A DNA stretch of 64,000 nucleotides from Felis catus (lineage: Eukaryota). A program made the position numbers and the translations under genes. This document shows positions 1 through 14,446 of this stretch, piece by piece. Numbering within the stretch: position 1 is the stretch's first letter; every line of letters begins with the position of its first letter. Under the pieces are notes generated by a model. That model did no database searches. It was not told the DNA's origin and worked only from the letters and a program-made list of their open reading frames with translations. Where the stretch lies: contig NC_058368.1 in the NCBI RefSeq assembly GCF_018350175.1, forward strand, positions 108,626,001 to 108,690,000, read 5' to 3'.

Positions 1-904
1 AGCTACCCAAACTAATGAAAACCAAGAAAGCTAAGTTCTAATTCTGATTCTGCCAGTAGCTGTGTGAATATGAACAAGTCACTTATTCATCTGGCTAAGT
101 CATTTTTATTACATGTAACATAAGCAAAATAGACCAGATCATTAAAAGGCTATCAAATTTTAGTGCTTACTGGAATCATTTTGAGAGTTCTTCAAATTGT
201 GGATTTCTATACCATATCTCTAGAGAATGTAATTTTCCAGGTCTGAAGTAATTCTGGTGTAGGTGGTCAGAGGACCACCCATCAAGAAACCTTGGACTGG
301 ATGTTACTGAAGGCCTCTTTCACATGGATGTACCATTCTCAAACTTCTATTTACCCATACCACCTCATCTATCACTTCTCTTTTGGATTCCTCTTGTGGT
401 TCACTTTCACCACTTTTTTTCCCCTCTAATCAGCATTATTAATGATCAAACATCATAATGAGCAGGGGTCCTAGACCATCAAAAGTAAGCTTCATACTGC
501 AGTCCTGATTAGATAACTGCCAAACTAGCTAAAACGTTAAATGCCAGGACTAAAAATAGGCCGTTACATGTTCAAAATAACACGATCACTAGTTAGCTTG
601 GGGCTTTGCTATTTTTATTAAAGGAAAGGCACAGACAAATGGCCAGAAGTTGAAAGGGAATTACTTAAATGAAGAGGCTGCCAAATGAGGTGAGAGTCTA
701 GAAAGAAGCCAGGAGGTGGCATAATTGGTCAGCATACATCAAGGGGTCTCTCTGAATCACATTAAAAATTTCAGTCTAAACACTTGGAAGAACTTCCCAG
801 ACACATTTTAGTATTGATTTGTTGCATACTTAAGCCCAGAATTGTGATATTATCTCATGTCAGAGACTAATATGCACAGCCATAAAATTAAAAGACGTTT
901 CTCT

Positions 905-1090
905 ATTTTTATTTTATTAAAAAATTTTTTTAAGGTTTATTTATTTTTGAGAGACAGAGAGAATCCCAAATCCTAAGCAGGCTCCACACTATCAGCCCCA
1001 ATGTGAGGCTCAAATTCATGAACCATGAGATCATGACCTGAGCCAAAATCAAGAGTAGGATGCTTAACCAACTGAGCCACCCAGGTGTCT
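905..1090 (-). mobile_element. Can-SINE (tRNA-derived carnivore SINE)
   Basis: Poly-T, (GA)n, then gagatcatgacctgagcc...ctgagccacccagg. Confidence 0.9.
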
Positions 1091-1109
1091 CTCTCTGTTT
1101 TTATTTTTT

Positions 1110-1615
1110 AACTTTTTTTGTTACACCCAAAAAAATGTACATATATGTACTACAAAGCTTGATGGGTTTTCACAAACTTACCATATCTATGTAACCAGCA
1201 TTCAGATAATGAAACAGAACACTACTAGCACCCTAGAATTTCCTCTCATAATGCTTTCTAGTTAATAGTCACTCCCTAATGAGGACATCCACTATAGTGA
1301 TTTTCATCATAGTTTAGTTTTACCTAGCTTGGTACTAAATATAAGTAATGTGAAATGTACTCTATTGTGTCTGGCTCCTTATGTCATCAATATTGTTGCA
1401 TGTAACTGCACATTGTTGATGCTCACTGCTACACAGCACTCCCAATGAAAATGAATGTAACACAGTATTGATCCATTCTACTGCTGGTGGGCACTTGGAT
1501 TATTTCCTGTTTGGGTCTATTATCCAAGTGCTTCTATGAACATTCTAGTATACATCTGTTGATGAACATATATATACACATTATAGTTGGATATACTCTT
1601 GGAAGTGGGGCTCCA
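1110..1615 (-). mobile_element. Old L1 3' UTR fragment (L1M-type)
   Basis: Degenerate antisense L1 3' motifs (tatgaacattct, ccattctactgctggtgggcacttgg). Confidence 0.65.
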
Positions 1616-1619
1616 TGGT

Positions 1620-4361
1620 CCAGGGAAATGGAATTGCAGGGTATCTTTTCATCTCAGTGAAATTTCTAGGGGCCTAGTGATATGAGAAATATACCTCCTA
1701 AAATAAATTGTAAGTTATTGCTCCTCCTACAACCAAAAACTGTTAAGTTGTTGCATCTGGCCCCTCCTACTGGGTCTTTTCAGATTTTGGAGTCAACACA
1801 TACCTCATTTGAGTATACTACTTCAACCCATTTACCAAGTACCTAAAGGCTACTGGTTTTGAGGAAGCCTTAGAATAGGAGAAGGTTCTACAACAGGTCC
1901 AGGCTACTGAGCAAGATGCTCTGACACTTGTACCAAAACATCTAGCAGATCCAGTGGTGCATGAAATGTCAGTGAGAAATATACATGTTTTATTGGATCC
2001 TGTAGGTGAATCACAGCACACAGGTCCTTAGGATTTTGGAACACATCTCTGGCATCTCCTGTGAACAACTACTATTTTTTTTTGACAAACAGCTTTTGGT
2101 CTGCTACTGGGCCTTAGTAGTGACTCAATACTTAACCACGGAACACCAAGTTACAAAGAGAGCTAAGCTGCCCATCACGAATTATGCACAGTCTGATGCA
2201 CCAAGCTATAATGTTGGCTGTGCAGAGCATCACTACACTATCAAAGAGAAATGGCATATACGAAACTGAGCTTGAGCCTGAAAGGCACAAGTAAGTTAGA
2301 TGAGGAAGTGGCCCAAATGCCTATGGTCCACACTACTGCTATACTATCTTCTCTCTCCCCGCCTGTACTTTTGGCATCATGAAGAATTCTCTCTACAATC
2401 AGCTTACTGAAGAAAAAAAAAAACGCCTCAGACTTGGTTTACAGATATGCAGGCACAACCTAAAAGCTCCTTTCTGTGGCATCCTTGAAGAAAATTGGTG
2501 AAGGTATATTCTCCCAGTGGGCAGAAAGAACTTCAAGAAATATATCTCAATGTTCCCTTTGTTAAAAGGAAAAATGGCCAGATATGTGGTTATATACTGA
2601 TTCATGGATTGTGGCCAATAGTTTGGCTGGACAGTTAGGGACTTGGAAGGGACATGACTGGAAAATTAATAACAAGAAAATTTAGAGAAGAAGCATATAG
2701 ATAGACTTACCTGAATGGGCAAAAATGTGAAGATATCTGTGTTCCCTGTGACTACTAACCCAAGGATGATCTCAGCAGACAAAGACTTTAGTAATCAAGT
2801 AGATAAGAAGACCCATTCTGTAGATACCAGTTAGCCTCTTTCCCCAGCCACCTCCATCACCAACTGATAAACTAATGAACAAAGGGGCCATGGTGGTAGG
2901 GACAGTGGTTATACATGGGCTCAGCAGTCCACTAAAGCCAACCTGGCTACCATCACTGATGAATATTCAATTTATTAGTAGGAGAGACCAACACCTAATT
3001 CCCAATAAGGAACCATTCCCTGGAGTGATCAGCCAGCTACCAGGTGGCAGGATGATTACCTCGCACCACTTTCATCATGGAAGGGACAGCATTTTACTCT
3101 TACTGGAATAGACACTTACTTTAGATATGGATTTGCCTTTCATGCATGCAATGCTTCTGCCAAAACCACCATCCAAGGACTTAGAAAATGCTTTATCCAC
3201 CTTCATGGTATCCCAAAGAACATTGCTTCTCATCAAGGAACTGGCTTCACAGCAAAAGAAATGTGGCAAAAGGCCCAAGTTCATATAATTCACTGATATT
3301 TCCATGTTCCCCACAATTTTGAAGCAGCTGACTTGACAGAATAGTAGAATGGCCTTTTGAAGACTTAGTTAGAGTACCAATTAGGCAGCAATATCTTGCA
3401 GGGCTGGGACAAGGTTCTCCAGAATGTTGTATACGTTCTGAATCAGCATCAAATATATGGTACTATTTCTCCCACAGCCAGGATTCACAGGCCCAGGAAT
3501 CAAGAAATGGAGGTGGAACTGAGATCACTCAATATAACCACTCGTAACCCACTAGCAAAAATTTTTTACTTCCTGTTCCCATGACTTTATGTTCAGCTGT
3601 CCTAGAGGTCTTAGTTCCAAAGGAAGGGATGCGTCCACCAACAGACACAACAATGATTCTATTGAACTGGAAGTTAAGACTGCCACTTGGCTGCTTTGGG
3701 CTCCTCAGGCCTCTGAATCAACAGACAAAGAAGAGAATTACTGTGCTGGTGGGGTGACTGATCTGACTACCAAGGCGAAACTTCCTCCACAATGGAGGCA
3801 AGGAAGAGTATGTCCAGAATACAAGAGATTCCTTAAGGCATCTCTTAGTATTACCATGCCCTGTGATTAAGGTCAGTGGAAAATTATGACAACCCAATCC
3901 AAGCAGGACTAATGGCCTAGACCCTACTTAAATGAGGTATGTATCACCCTACGAGTTTAAGAACTATAACCAGCTGAGGTGCTTGCTGAGGAAGAAAAAA
4001 TATGAAATGGGTAGTGGAGGAAGGTAGTTATAAATACCAGTTATGTCCACATGACTAGTTTAAGCAAGTATCTTTGTTTTATTCCCCCTCTTATTCCCAT
4101 ATCATCTAACATAAAATGTCTTAATAATAAATTCACTTTGTATCATAGCACTTGAGTTACAGGGTATCAAGAAGAGCAAACCCCCCCCCCCCCACCAAGG
4201 ATTTTGGATCCTCTTCTGGGAAAGGAATTAGCACATTTTGGATTGTATGTAGGACAGGTACATTATGTTAGGCAGAAGTATGACTTTGTTACTGTCTTTA
4301 TTTACAGATTAAATATGATTTAAGGAGATGTGTATGAACACATACTTGACATGAAGTAGAC
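1620..4361 (+). mobile_element. ERVL internal remnant (decayed pol: RT end, RNase H, integrase; dUTPase-like region)
   Basis: Fragments resembling ERVL pol, e.g. ttgcatctggcccctcct (LHLAPP), caacacatacctcatttg (QHIPHL) and ORF 3396-3584 QGWDKVLQNVVYVLNQ; many stops and frameshifts; abuts an LTR. Confidence 0.85.
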
Positions 4362-4684
4362 TGTGATGGTTTGTTGTATGTGTCAATTTGGTTAGGCTAT
4401 ATTACCCAATTAAACTAAATAATAATCTTGGTATTGCTGTGAAGATAATTTGTAGATAAGTTTAATATCTATAATAACAGACTAATCTGATAAGAGATTA
4501 TCCTTGATAATTGGGCCTCACCAATCAGTTGAAAGGCCTTAAGAGCAAAACCGAGGTTTCCCTGAGAAAGAAGAAATACTTCCTAAGGACTGCATCATCA
4601 GTTCCCACCCAAGAGTTTCCAGTCTGCCCTATAGTTTTCAGCCAGACCCTACAACTGCATAAGTCAATTCTTTGAAATACCTCT

Positions 4685-4743
<59 letters not shown>

Positions 4744-4810
4744 TCTAGGTCTACGTGTATACTTATAACCTACTAGTTCTGCTTCTTTGGGAAAAACCTG
4801 ACTGATATGT
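4362..4810 (+). mobile_element. MLT2-type 3' LTR of the ERVL, with internal (TA)n
   Basis: Starts tgtgatggtt...tgtgtcaatttgg and ends cctgactgata; (TA)n at about 4687-4735. Confidence 0.85.
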
Positions 4811-5495
4811 CATCTACTATTCCCTACCACCATGCTAATGTCATCAGAGACAGAGATAGAAAAAAGCCTATTATGGGGTCTTGTCTTTGAAAACCTCATA
4901 ACCTGAAGAATATGAAAAGTCAGCACTGTGAATTATGTGAGGTAGTAATATATTACTAAGCGTCAAATGAGTAGCACTGAATTAAAAAAAAGAAAAAGAC
5001 TTCTGTGGATTTAGGGAGTGCTCAGAGCAGACTGTGTAGCAGAAATGGGGACAAGGATCAAAAGCAAGCAGTTTAGTTGGATTGAGGTTTTACATAACCT
5101 ATTAAATTTCAATTGCTTCATTGCCTGCTTACTCATAAAATGTCCCCAGGCTCCAATGATTAATCAGACATTCTGTCTGATATACAGTCAGGAGAATACA
5201 GAAAAACCTAAATTTGGAGTTAAAAAAAACCTCGAGAGATTGAATTCTTCTCTACCACCCAATAGCAGTAAAATCTTGGACAAAATGCATACTATTTTAA
5301 GTTCCATATTCTTTACATATAAAATGAGAATAATAATAAACATCTGTCTATTATAAAGCCATAGTAAGAAATAAATGAGATATAATACAAACTTAGCTCA
5401 GATCCTTTCACAGAGGAGGTGCTCAACCAATGGTAAGTGAATGTAAAAATATATGAAAAATATTTTCAGAAAGAATGCTACTAAAAGTGAAACCC

Positions 5496-7953
5496 TACTA
5501 GTAAACCAGATTCAACAATACATTAAAAGAATTATTCACCATGATCAAGTGGGATTTATTCCTGGGATGTAGGGCTGGTTCAATATCCACAAATCAATCA
5601 ATGTGATACATCACATTAATAAAAGAAAGGATAAGAACCACATGATCCTCTCAATAGATGCAGAAAAAGCATTTGACAAAATACAGCATCCTTTCTTAAT
5701 AAAAACCCTCAAGTAAGTAGGGATAGGAGGAACATACCTCAAGGTCATAAAGGCCATATATGAAGACCCATAGCTAATATCATCCTCACTAGGGAAAAAC
5801 TGCGAGCCTTCCCCTAAGGTCAGGAAAATGACAGGGATGTCCACTCTCACCACTGTTACTCAACATAGTGTTGGAAGTTGTAGCCTCAGCAATCAGACAA
5901 CACAAAGAAATAAAAGGCATCCAAATCATCAAGGAGGAAGTCAAACTTTCACTCTTTGCTGATGACATGATACTCTATGTGGAAAACCCAAAGACTCCAC
6001 CAAAAAACTTCCAGAAATGATCCATGAATTCAGCAAAGTCACAGGATATAAAATCAATGTAGAGAATTTGGTTGCATTTCTACAAACCAACAATGAAGCA
6101 AAAGAAAGAGAAATCAAGGCATCAATTCCATTTACAACTGTACTAAAAACCAAAAAACCCCTAGGAGTAAACCTAACCAACGAGGTTAAAAATCTATACA
6201 CTGAAAACTATAGAAAGCTTGTAAAAGAAATTGAAGAAGACACACAAAAAAATGGAAAAACATTACATGCTCATGGATTGGAAGAACAAATATTGTCAAA
6301 ATGTCAGTACTACCCAAAGCAAACTACATATTCAATGCAACCCCTATCAAAATTACACCAGCATTCTTCACAGAGCTAGAACAAACAATTCTAAAATTTG
6401 TATGGAAACAGAAAAGACCCCAAATAGCCAAAGCAATGTTGAAAAAGAAATCCAAAGCTGGAGGCATCACAACTCTGGACTTCAAGCTATATTACAAAGC
6501 TGTAATCATCAAGACAGTATGGTACTGGCACAAAAACAAACACATAGATCAGTTGAACAGGATAGAGAACCCAGAAATGGATCCACAAACATATAGCCAA
6601 CTAATCTTCAACAAAGCAGGAAAGAATATCCAATGGAAAAAAGACAGTCTCATCAACAAATGGTACTGGGAAAACTGGACAGCAACATGCATAAGAATAA
6701 ACCTGGACCACTTTCTTACACTATACACAAAAATAAATTCAAAGTGGATGAAAGACCTAAGTGTGAGAAATGAAACCATCAAAATCCTAGAGGAGAAAAC
6801 AGGCAGCAACCTCTCTGACCTCCACCAAGCAACTTCATACTAGATATGTTGCTAAAGGCAAGGGAAATAAAAGCAAACATGAACTACTGGGCCTTCATCA
6901 AGATAAGAAGCTTCTACACAGTGAAGGAAACAATCAGCAAAACTAAAAGGCAACCGATGGAATGGGAGAAGATATGTGCAAATGACATATCACATAAAGG
7001 GTTAGTATCCAAAATCTATAAAGAACTTACCAAGCTGAACACCCCAAAAACAAATAATCCAGTGAAGAAATGGGCAGAAGACGTGAATAGCCACTTTTCC
7101 AAAGAAGACATCCAGATGGCTAACAAACACATGAAAAGATGTTCAACATCACTCATCATCAGGGAAATACAAATAAAAACCACAACAAGATACCACTTCA
7201 CACCTGTCAGAATGGCTAAAATTAACAACTCAGGCAACAACAGATGTTGGCAATGCAGAGATGTGGAGAAAGAAGAACGCTTTTGCACTGCTGGTGGTAA
7301 TGCAAACTGGTTCAGCCACTGTGAAAGACAGTATGGAGGTTCCTCAAAAAATCCAGCAATTGCACTAGTAGGTATTTATCCAAAGGATACAAAAATGCTG
7401 ATTCAAAGGCGCACATGCACCCCAATGTTTATAGCAGCGCTATCAACAATAGCCAAAGTATAGAAAGAACCCAAACGTCTATCAACTGATGAATGCATAA
7501 AGATGTGGTATGTATTATACATATACAATGTAATACTACTTGGCGATCACAAAGAGTGGAATCTTGTCACTTGCAATTACGTGGATGGAATCAGAGCGTA
7601 TTATGCTAAAAAAATAAGTCAGTCAGAGAAAGACAAATAGTGTATGATTTCACTCATATATGGAATTTAGGAAACAAAACAGATGAATATAGGGGAAGAG
7701 AAGCAAAAATAAGATAAAGACAGAGAGGGAGGCAACCCATAAGAGACTCTTAAGTAAAGAGAACAAACTGAGGTTACTGGCGGAGTGTTTGGTGGAGAAT
7801 GGGCTAAGTGGGTGATGGACATTAAGGAGGGAACTTATTGGGAGAAGCAGTGGGTGTTATATGTAAGTGATGAATCAGTAAATTCTATTCCTGAAATCAT
7901 TATTACACTACATATTAACTAACTTGGATTTAAATTAAAAATGAATAAATAAA
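5496..7953 (+). mobile_element. 5'-truncated carnivore L1 (ORF2 3' part, 3' UTR, A-tail)
   Basis: ORF2 fragments (6301-6843, 6846-7463); perfect direct repeat TAAAAGTGAAACCC at 5482-5495 and 7954-7967. Confidence 0.95.
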
Positions 7954-8246
7954 TAAAAGTGAAACCCAATAACACTAAATTTCAAATAGTTGAAAACAGT
8001 ATCCTAGATATATTTAACTCAGTGGCATAAGCTAATTTTTCAAAAGATTAAGTATTTGACATTAAAAATTTTTTCTGGTCAGGTTCTGACACCGAACCAA
8101 ACTTTTTATAATTTCACCATTTTCACTTTGTACAAGAGCTCTAAGAATACAATTTATAAGCAGACTTCCTGTGTGCATAAGGAATTTACCATGAAAGAAT
8201 GTTTTATATCACCCAAAAAGTAGGCTCTGCATTCATACTATAGTAC

Positions 8247-8370
8247 CTTGGGGAATATCTTTAGGTGGAGAATATTTCTTCTTCTTTACAACAACACCTT
8301 TACTTTTCACTTGTCTATTTCCTGGTGTTGCTCTAATAATACAACATATTTCTGATTTATTTGAAGGAAA
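8247..8370 (-). CDS. MEIKIN: MEIKIN probable penultimate coding exon, 124 nt, FPSNKSEICCIIRATPGNRQVKSKGVVVKKKKYSPPKDIPQ (kinetochore/CENP-C-binding region)
   Basis: Minus strand ttttttctttttcag|TTTCCTTCA...CCCCAAG|gtacta; contains the EICCIIR motif and basic KKKK patch. Confidence 0.95.
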
Positions 8371-9338
8371 CTGAAAAAGAAAAAAGCAGGTAATGCATAA
8401 TTCTTCCAGGTACTATATTCGTATGTTGTTTTATTTCAAAGGCAAATATTCTCAACATCCATATTTCATACATATTAACTATAGAAAGCATTTATGAAAT
8501 GCTTACTCCACTCCAGACACTAATGAATCGGTTTGAAAACATTTCCTTATTTAATAATCACCAGAAGCAGATAAGGCAGATTATATTTAACACTATTTGA
8601 AAACGAGAAACTTCAGTTAAAAGAATTTGGGTAACTTATTTAAGGACACAGAGAGAGTAATGATAGAGTTAAGATTCAAGCATTTCAAAGTGTGAGAGCA
8701 AGTCTATATAATTTACTGAATTAAAACACAAATTTAATTTAATTCTGAGCCAAACACTAGATTTCCTTGATTTCTCAACTCAATGAATTTTGACAGCTGC
8801 CCATCAAACAGACAAGACAGGCTCTAGATTAAAGTAACACACCTTACTTCTTAGAACTCAGAAGTAGAGATATGTATTTATCAAGGGCTCCTTACATTTT
8901 AGGTAAAGCTGATACAGAAACATCTTCTGCTGTAAAATTCATATCATCCTCTGTAGTGGATATCTGCTATTTTCCTGCCTAGCATCTTTTCCATTTTTCG
9001 GACTCTAAACAGTACCAGAGTTTTCTTGGAAGAATCTACTCATTCTCTTAGGCTGCACACCACCCTTTCCTTATGGCTCAGGTGGAACTGATAGTACTTC
9101 TGGGTACCAAGATGGCTGTAGGACCCAACCTAGCTGATCAACATATGTCATGCCCTGGGGGCACAGTGACTGGCTGAGACAAGAACATTGTAAATGGGCC
9201 AGCAGGAAGAAGGAATTGCTGAACTTGAGACTCTGGCACTAAGCCAAAATCCTTGAGGGGACTAAAGGGGTCCTAGATTGATACTCAATCCTTGCTATAG
9301 CTGTTGTAGTAGAAACAGATATAAATCCTCTTAGGGAT

Positions 9339-9446
<108 letters not shown>

Positions 9447-10883
9447 ATGGATGGGATCCATTGATAGGATTTTTATCAACTAAGAGCAAGGAAATAAATG
9501 ATCAGGGTCAGTATCAGAGTTGTTCTTCAAGATTCAGCTCAGAATAGTTCCAAGCAGAAATAAGAGACAAAATATATTTGACCATATCCTCTAATTTTAT
9601 TATAGCAATAATGAAATACCAAACTCATGACAAATCAAGCTACCATATATAAGACTGTACAGTATCAAACAATGGGGTTAAACCTATAGAACATCAGATA
9701 TCAGAACTGCCAAATCAGAATAGAATAACAATGTATGAAATTATTAAAGAATTAACAATAGAAATCTCATAGATGAGCAAGCAACAAGAGACTACAGGAG
9801 TGAAAAGTAGATTTGAGAAAGAAACAACTAGAATGTCTTGAAATGAAAAATAAAATTTTTGAAATGCAAAATTCAATGGAGGTCTTAAGGAGCAAAATAG
9901 ACACAACTGAAGAATTAATGTTTATTTATTTTTGAGAGAGAGAGAGAATCCCAAGCAGGCCTTTCATTATCATTTCAGAGCCCAACGCAGGGCTTGAATC
10001 CATGCACCATGAGATCATGACCTGAACCAAAATCAAGAGTTGGATGCTTAACTGACTGGGCCACATAGGTACCCCAACAAATAAATGAGAAATATTAAAT
10101 AGACTTTTAAAGATATGGAGGACAGAAAGATGCCTAACTTATGCCAGTTACCATTCCAGAGAGAATAAACAGATAATAGCTGAGAAATTTCCCAAACTGA
10201 TGAAAGACATGAGTACACACATTCAGGAAGCCTAAAATTCTAAGCAACATTACAATAAAAAAAACAAAAGCAAACACAATACTAATCTTTTTAAGTATAC
10301 ATCCCAGTGAAATTATAGTACACCCACAATAAGAAGTACTTTATAAAGTCCGGAAAGTTTAACTTTAAAAAGTCCCCAAGACCACCACAGGCTTAATGAT
10401 TTGCCAAAAGGAATCACAAGATTCAGAAAAGCTGGTATATTCACAGTTATGGTTTATGATACAATAGAATACAAATTAAAATCCACAAAAGGAAAAGGCA
10501 TATAGGGGGAGTCCAGGAGAAAAAGTATACAGAGCTCACAACAGGATGATAAGCTTCCAGTTGTCTCTCCTAGTTAAGTCACATGGATGGTGTTTAATTT
10601 TCCCAAGTGCAAAGTGTTGCCAACATCAGAAGCCCAGTAAACTTTGACTCAGATCCCAGTCTCCCAGAGGTCAAACTGATACAGAGGTAGCCCAAAGCCT
10701 CAGGTATCAAAAACAGGTATTTACCATAAATCACATTGTTAGCATAAACTATCTGGCATGGATACTCAAAGGGGTCATAACTCTTACAAAGGACTCTTTA
10801 AATCTCAATAGTAAAAAACCCAACACAATTAAAAAACAGGCCAAAGGCTTTTCTAGACAGTACACCAAAGATATATAGATGGC

Positions 10884-11100
10884 GGGGCGCCTGGGTGGCT
10901 CAGTCGGTTAAGCGGCTGACTTCGGCTCGGGTCATAATCTCACGGTCTGTGAGTTTGAGCCCCGCGTCGGGCTCTGTGCTGACAGCTCAGAGCCTGGAGC
11001 CTGTTTCGGATTCTGTCTCCCTCTCTCTGACCCTCCCCCGTTCATGCTCTGTCTCTCTCTGTCTCAAAAATAAATAAATGTTAAAAAAAATTAAAAAAAA
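10884..11100 (+). mobile_element. Young felid Can-SINE
   Basis: CpG-rich body; perfect 17-bp TSD AAAGATATATAGATGGC at 10867-10883 and 11101-11117. Confidence 0.97.
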
Positions 11101-11439
11101 AAAGATATATAGATGGCAAGTAAGCATTTTAAATGATGTTCCACATGACATTTTCTCATCAAGGAGTGCAAATTAAAACAACGAGATACTACTACACACC
11201 TATTAGAATGGCCAATATCGGGACACCTGGGTGGCTCAGTCGGTTGAGTATCCGACTTTGGCTCAGATCATGATCTTGAGGTTCAGGAGTTCAAACCCCA
11301 CATTGAGCTCTGTGCTGACAGGTCAGAGCCTGGAGCCTGCTTTGGATTCTGTGTCTACCTCTGTCTCTGTCCCTTCCCTGCTCATGTGCTCTCTCTCTCT
11401 CTCTCTCTCAAAAATAAATATTTTTAAAAAAGAGAAAAG

Positions 11440-14165
11440 AAAACAAGAAAGATTCCTATTAATGACCTCACCTTCTACCTTAAAAAAGTAAGAAAAGAAA
11501 ACCAAATCCAAAGTAAGCAGACAAAAGAAAATAACATGAGAGGAGAAATCAATAAAATAGAAAATAGAAAAATAGAGAAAAATCAATAAACCAAACTTCT
11601 AGCCATATTAATGAGGAAAGAAAAAAAATAAGACACAAATTATCAATATCAGGAATGAAAAAGGCTATATCACTACAGATACCAACATATTAAAAGGATA
11701 ACAAGGGAACACTATAAAGAACACTTGACAATAAATTTGACAACTTCTAAAAAATAGACAAATTCCTTGAAATACACAAACTACCAAAGTTCACTCAAGA
11801 AGAAATAGGTAAGTTGAATAACCCTAAAGAGATTTTTTTTAAATGTTTATTTTTGAGAGAGAGAAAGAGTGAGAGAATACGCATGTGTGAGCACATACAT
11901 GGCAAAGAGAGAGGGAGACAGAGGATCTGAAGCTGGCTCCAGGCTGAGAGCTGAGATCCAGATGTGGGGCTGGAATGTAGGAACCATGAGATCATGACCC
12001 AAGCCAAAGTCGGATGCTCAACCAACTGAGCCACCAGGCCCTAAAGAGATTTTTAACGGTAGCTTATTTCATTAAAAAAAAAAAAAAAAAAAGAACTCCA
12101 GGTCTAGATGACTTCACTAGTGAACGCTACTAAACATTGAAGGCAGAAATACTAGTTCTTTTCCAGAAAACTGAAGATGAAGAAGTACTTTCCAACTTGT
12201 TCTATGAGGTTAGCATTACTCTGATGCCAAACTCAGACACAGACATCAATCAATCAATCAATCAATCAATAAATGAAACTAAAGACCTTCACCAACACTG
12301 ATGGAAAAATTCTAAAAACATTTTCACAAATTAAATATATCAATATATAAAAATAAACATATACCAGGGGCACCTGGGTGGCTCAGTCAGTTGAGCAGCC
12401 AACTTTGGCTTGGGTCATGATCTCACAGTTCATGGGTTCAAGCCCCACATCAGGCTCTATGCTGACAGCTCAGAGCCTGGAGCCTCCTTCCATTCTATGT
12501 CTCCCTCTCTCTCTGCCCTTCCCCTGCTTGCGCTCTGTCTCTCTCTAAAATCAATATATTATACTCAATTCATAATCATCAACTCATCATATTAACAAAT
12601 AAAAAAGAAAAATTCTATTATCATCTTAATAACTAAAAAAAGTACATTTGGCAAAAATCCAGCATCCATTCCTGACAAAAACTCTTAAGTACATTAGGAA
12701 AAGGTGGGAACTTCCTCAACATAGGAAAAACTTATAGCTAAGATCATATTTAATGGTGAACTACTGAGTATTTTCCCTCAAAGTACAGAAACAAGGCAAG
12801 GATATCTGCTCTCCTCACTGCTCTCCCAGCATTGTACAGGAAAATCTAGCTAGTGAAATTAGTCAAGAAAAAAAAAGGCATCTGGATTAAAAAGGAAGAG
12901 GTAAACCTTTTTTTCCACAGACAATATAACTGCCCAAGGCCCAGTGGAATCTTGGGGGTATGGAGGACTACTAGAACTAATAATTAAGTTTAGCAAGTTT
13001 ACAATATACTTATGAATAGAATGTTTCTGTTCCCACAAAATTCATATGGTGAGGGGCGCCTGGGTGGCTCAGTTGGTTAAACACCTGACTCTTGACTTCA
13101 GCTCAGGTCATGATCTCACAGCCATGAGATCAAGCTCCATATTGAGCTCCACACTGAGCATGGAACCTGCTTGGGAGTCTCTCTCTCCCTTCCTGGCCCT
13201 CCCCAACTCATACACATGCAATCTCTCTCTCTCCCCACACAAATAAATAAACATTAAAAAATATTAAATAAATAAATAATTAAAGAAATTTCATATGTTG
13301 AAGCCCTAACTCCCAATGAGACTATATTTGGAGATAGGCTCTGTGAGAGGGTGATAACGGTTAACTGAATTAATAAGGGTGAGGTACTAATCTGAGAGTG
13401 CTGGTGCCCTTTTAAGAAGGGGAAGCAATACCAGAGCTCTTTTTTCTTTGTGCAAAGAGAGAAAACGCCAAGTGAAATCACAGCAAGAAGGTACACATTT
13501 ACAAGACAGAAGAAAGCCCTTGGGGGAACTGAATAGGTCAACAGCCTGGTCTTGGACTTGCCAAGCTCCATCCCTGTGAGAAAATAAATTTTCTGTTGTG
13601 GAAGCCACCCAGTCTATAGTATTTGATTATGGCAACCCAAACAGATTAATATGATGATCAATATACACACAAAAAAGTATTTTTATATGCTAGCATTAAT
13701 AGTCAGATATTGAAATTAAGAATACCATTTATAATAGTATCAAGAATATAAAATACTGTCGTCAGGTGGGAAATGATGACATCAAGTGGGAATAATGACC
13801 CAAAGAGTGAAAACTACAGAATGTTTCAGAGAGAAATTAAAGACTCAAAAAATGGATAGCTATACATTTTTCTTGGGTTGGAAGACTCTATAACGTCATG
13901 ATGTCAATTATGCCCAAATTAATCTGTAGATTAATTCAATCCTAAATCAAAATTTCATCAGGATTTTTTTTCTTTTGGTAGAAAACAACAAGCTGATTCT
14001 AAAATTCATATAGAAATGCAAAGGACCTAGAATAGCCTAAACAATTGAAAAAGAAGAACAAAGTTAGAGGGCTAATACTACCTAATTTCAAGAATTGTTA
14101 TAGTGCCACATTATTTAATACTATGTGGTACTTGTACAAAGCTAGACAAAAGATCAATAGAACAG
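11440..14165 (+). mobile_element. Old decayed L1 ORF2, interrupted by SINEs (about 11830-12040, 12367-12550) and an MLT/MST LTR
   Basis: Degenerate ORF2 motifs (aaactaccaaagttcactcaagaagaaata; cagcatccattcctgacaaaaactct; ctaaaattcatatagaaatgcaaaggacctagaatagcc). Confidence 0.8.
13010..13652 (+). mobile_element. MaLR (MLT1/MST-like) LTR split by a Can-SINE (about 13052-13280)
   Basis: aaaattcatatg[SINE]aaatttcatatgttgaagccctaactcccaatg...aagccacccagtctatagtatttg. Confidence 0.8.
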
Positions 14166-14446
14166 AGTATCTGAAGCTGGCTCCCTGCTGAGAGCTGGGA
14201 GCCAGATGTGAGGCTCACTATGTTACACAACTAAAACTAATGTAACATTGTATGTCAACCATACTTAAAAAAAAAAAAAGACTATTATAATAGGGTATTG
14301 CAATAGGGGAGAGAGACTGGACTTAAATCCAAATACAGCAAATACAGCAAGGGATTTACAGCTAACAAGCCGAATGGGGGAAGTCAGCAGTTGGAAAATT
14401 ACTATGAAGAGACATCAAGGGTAAGGAGATTTTCGTAAAGATTTTC

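Noticed and set aside
1620..4361. Domesticated retroviral gene
   Set aside because: The ERVL remnant has no ORF longer than about 93 codons.
8106..8140. Possible terminal exon (ttcttag|AGCTCTTG... giving ELLYKVKMVKL*) after a 106-nt intron
   Set aside because: No clear resemblance to the recalled MEIKIN terminus and no other support.
10884..10960. tRNA-like A/B boxes here and in other SINE heads
   Set aside because: These are Can-SINE heads, not tRNA genes.
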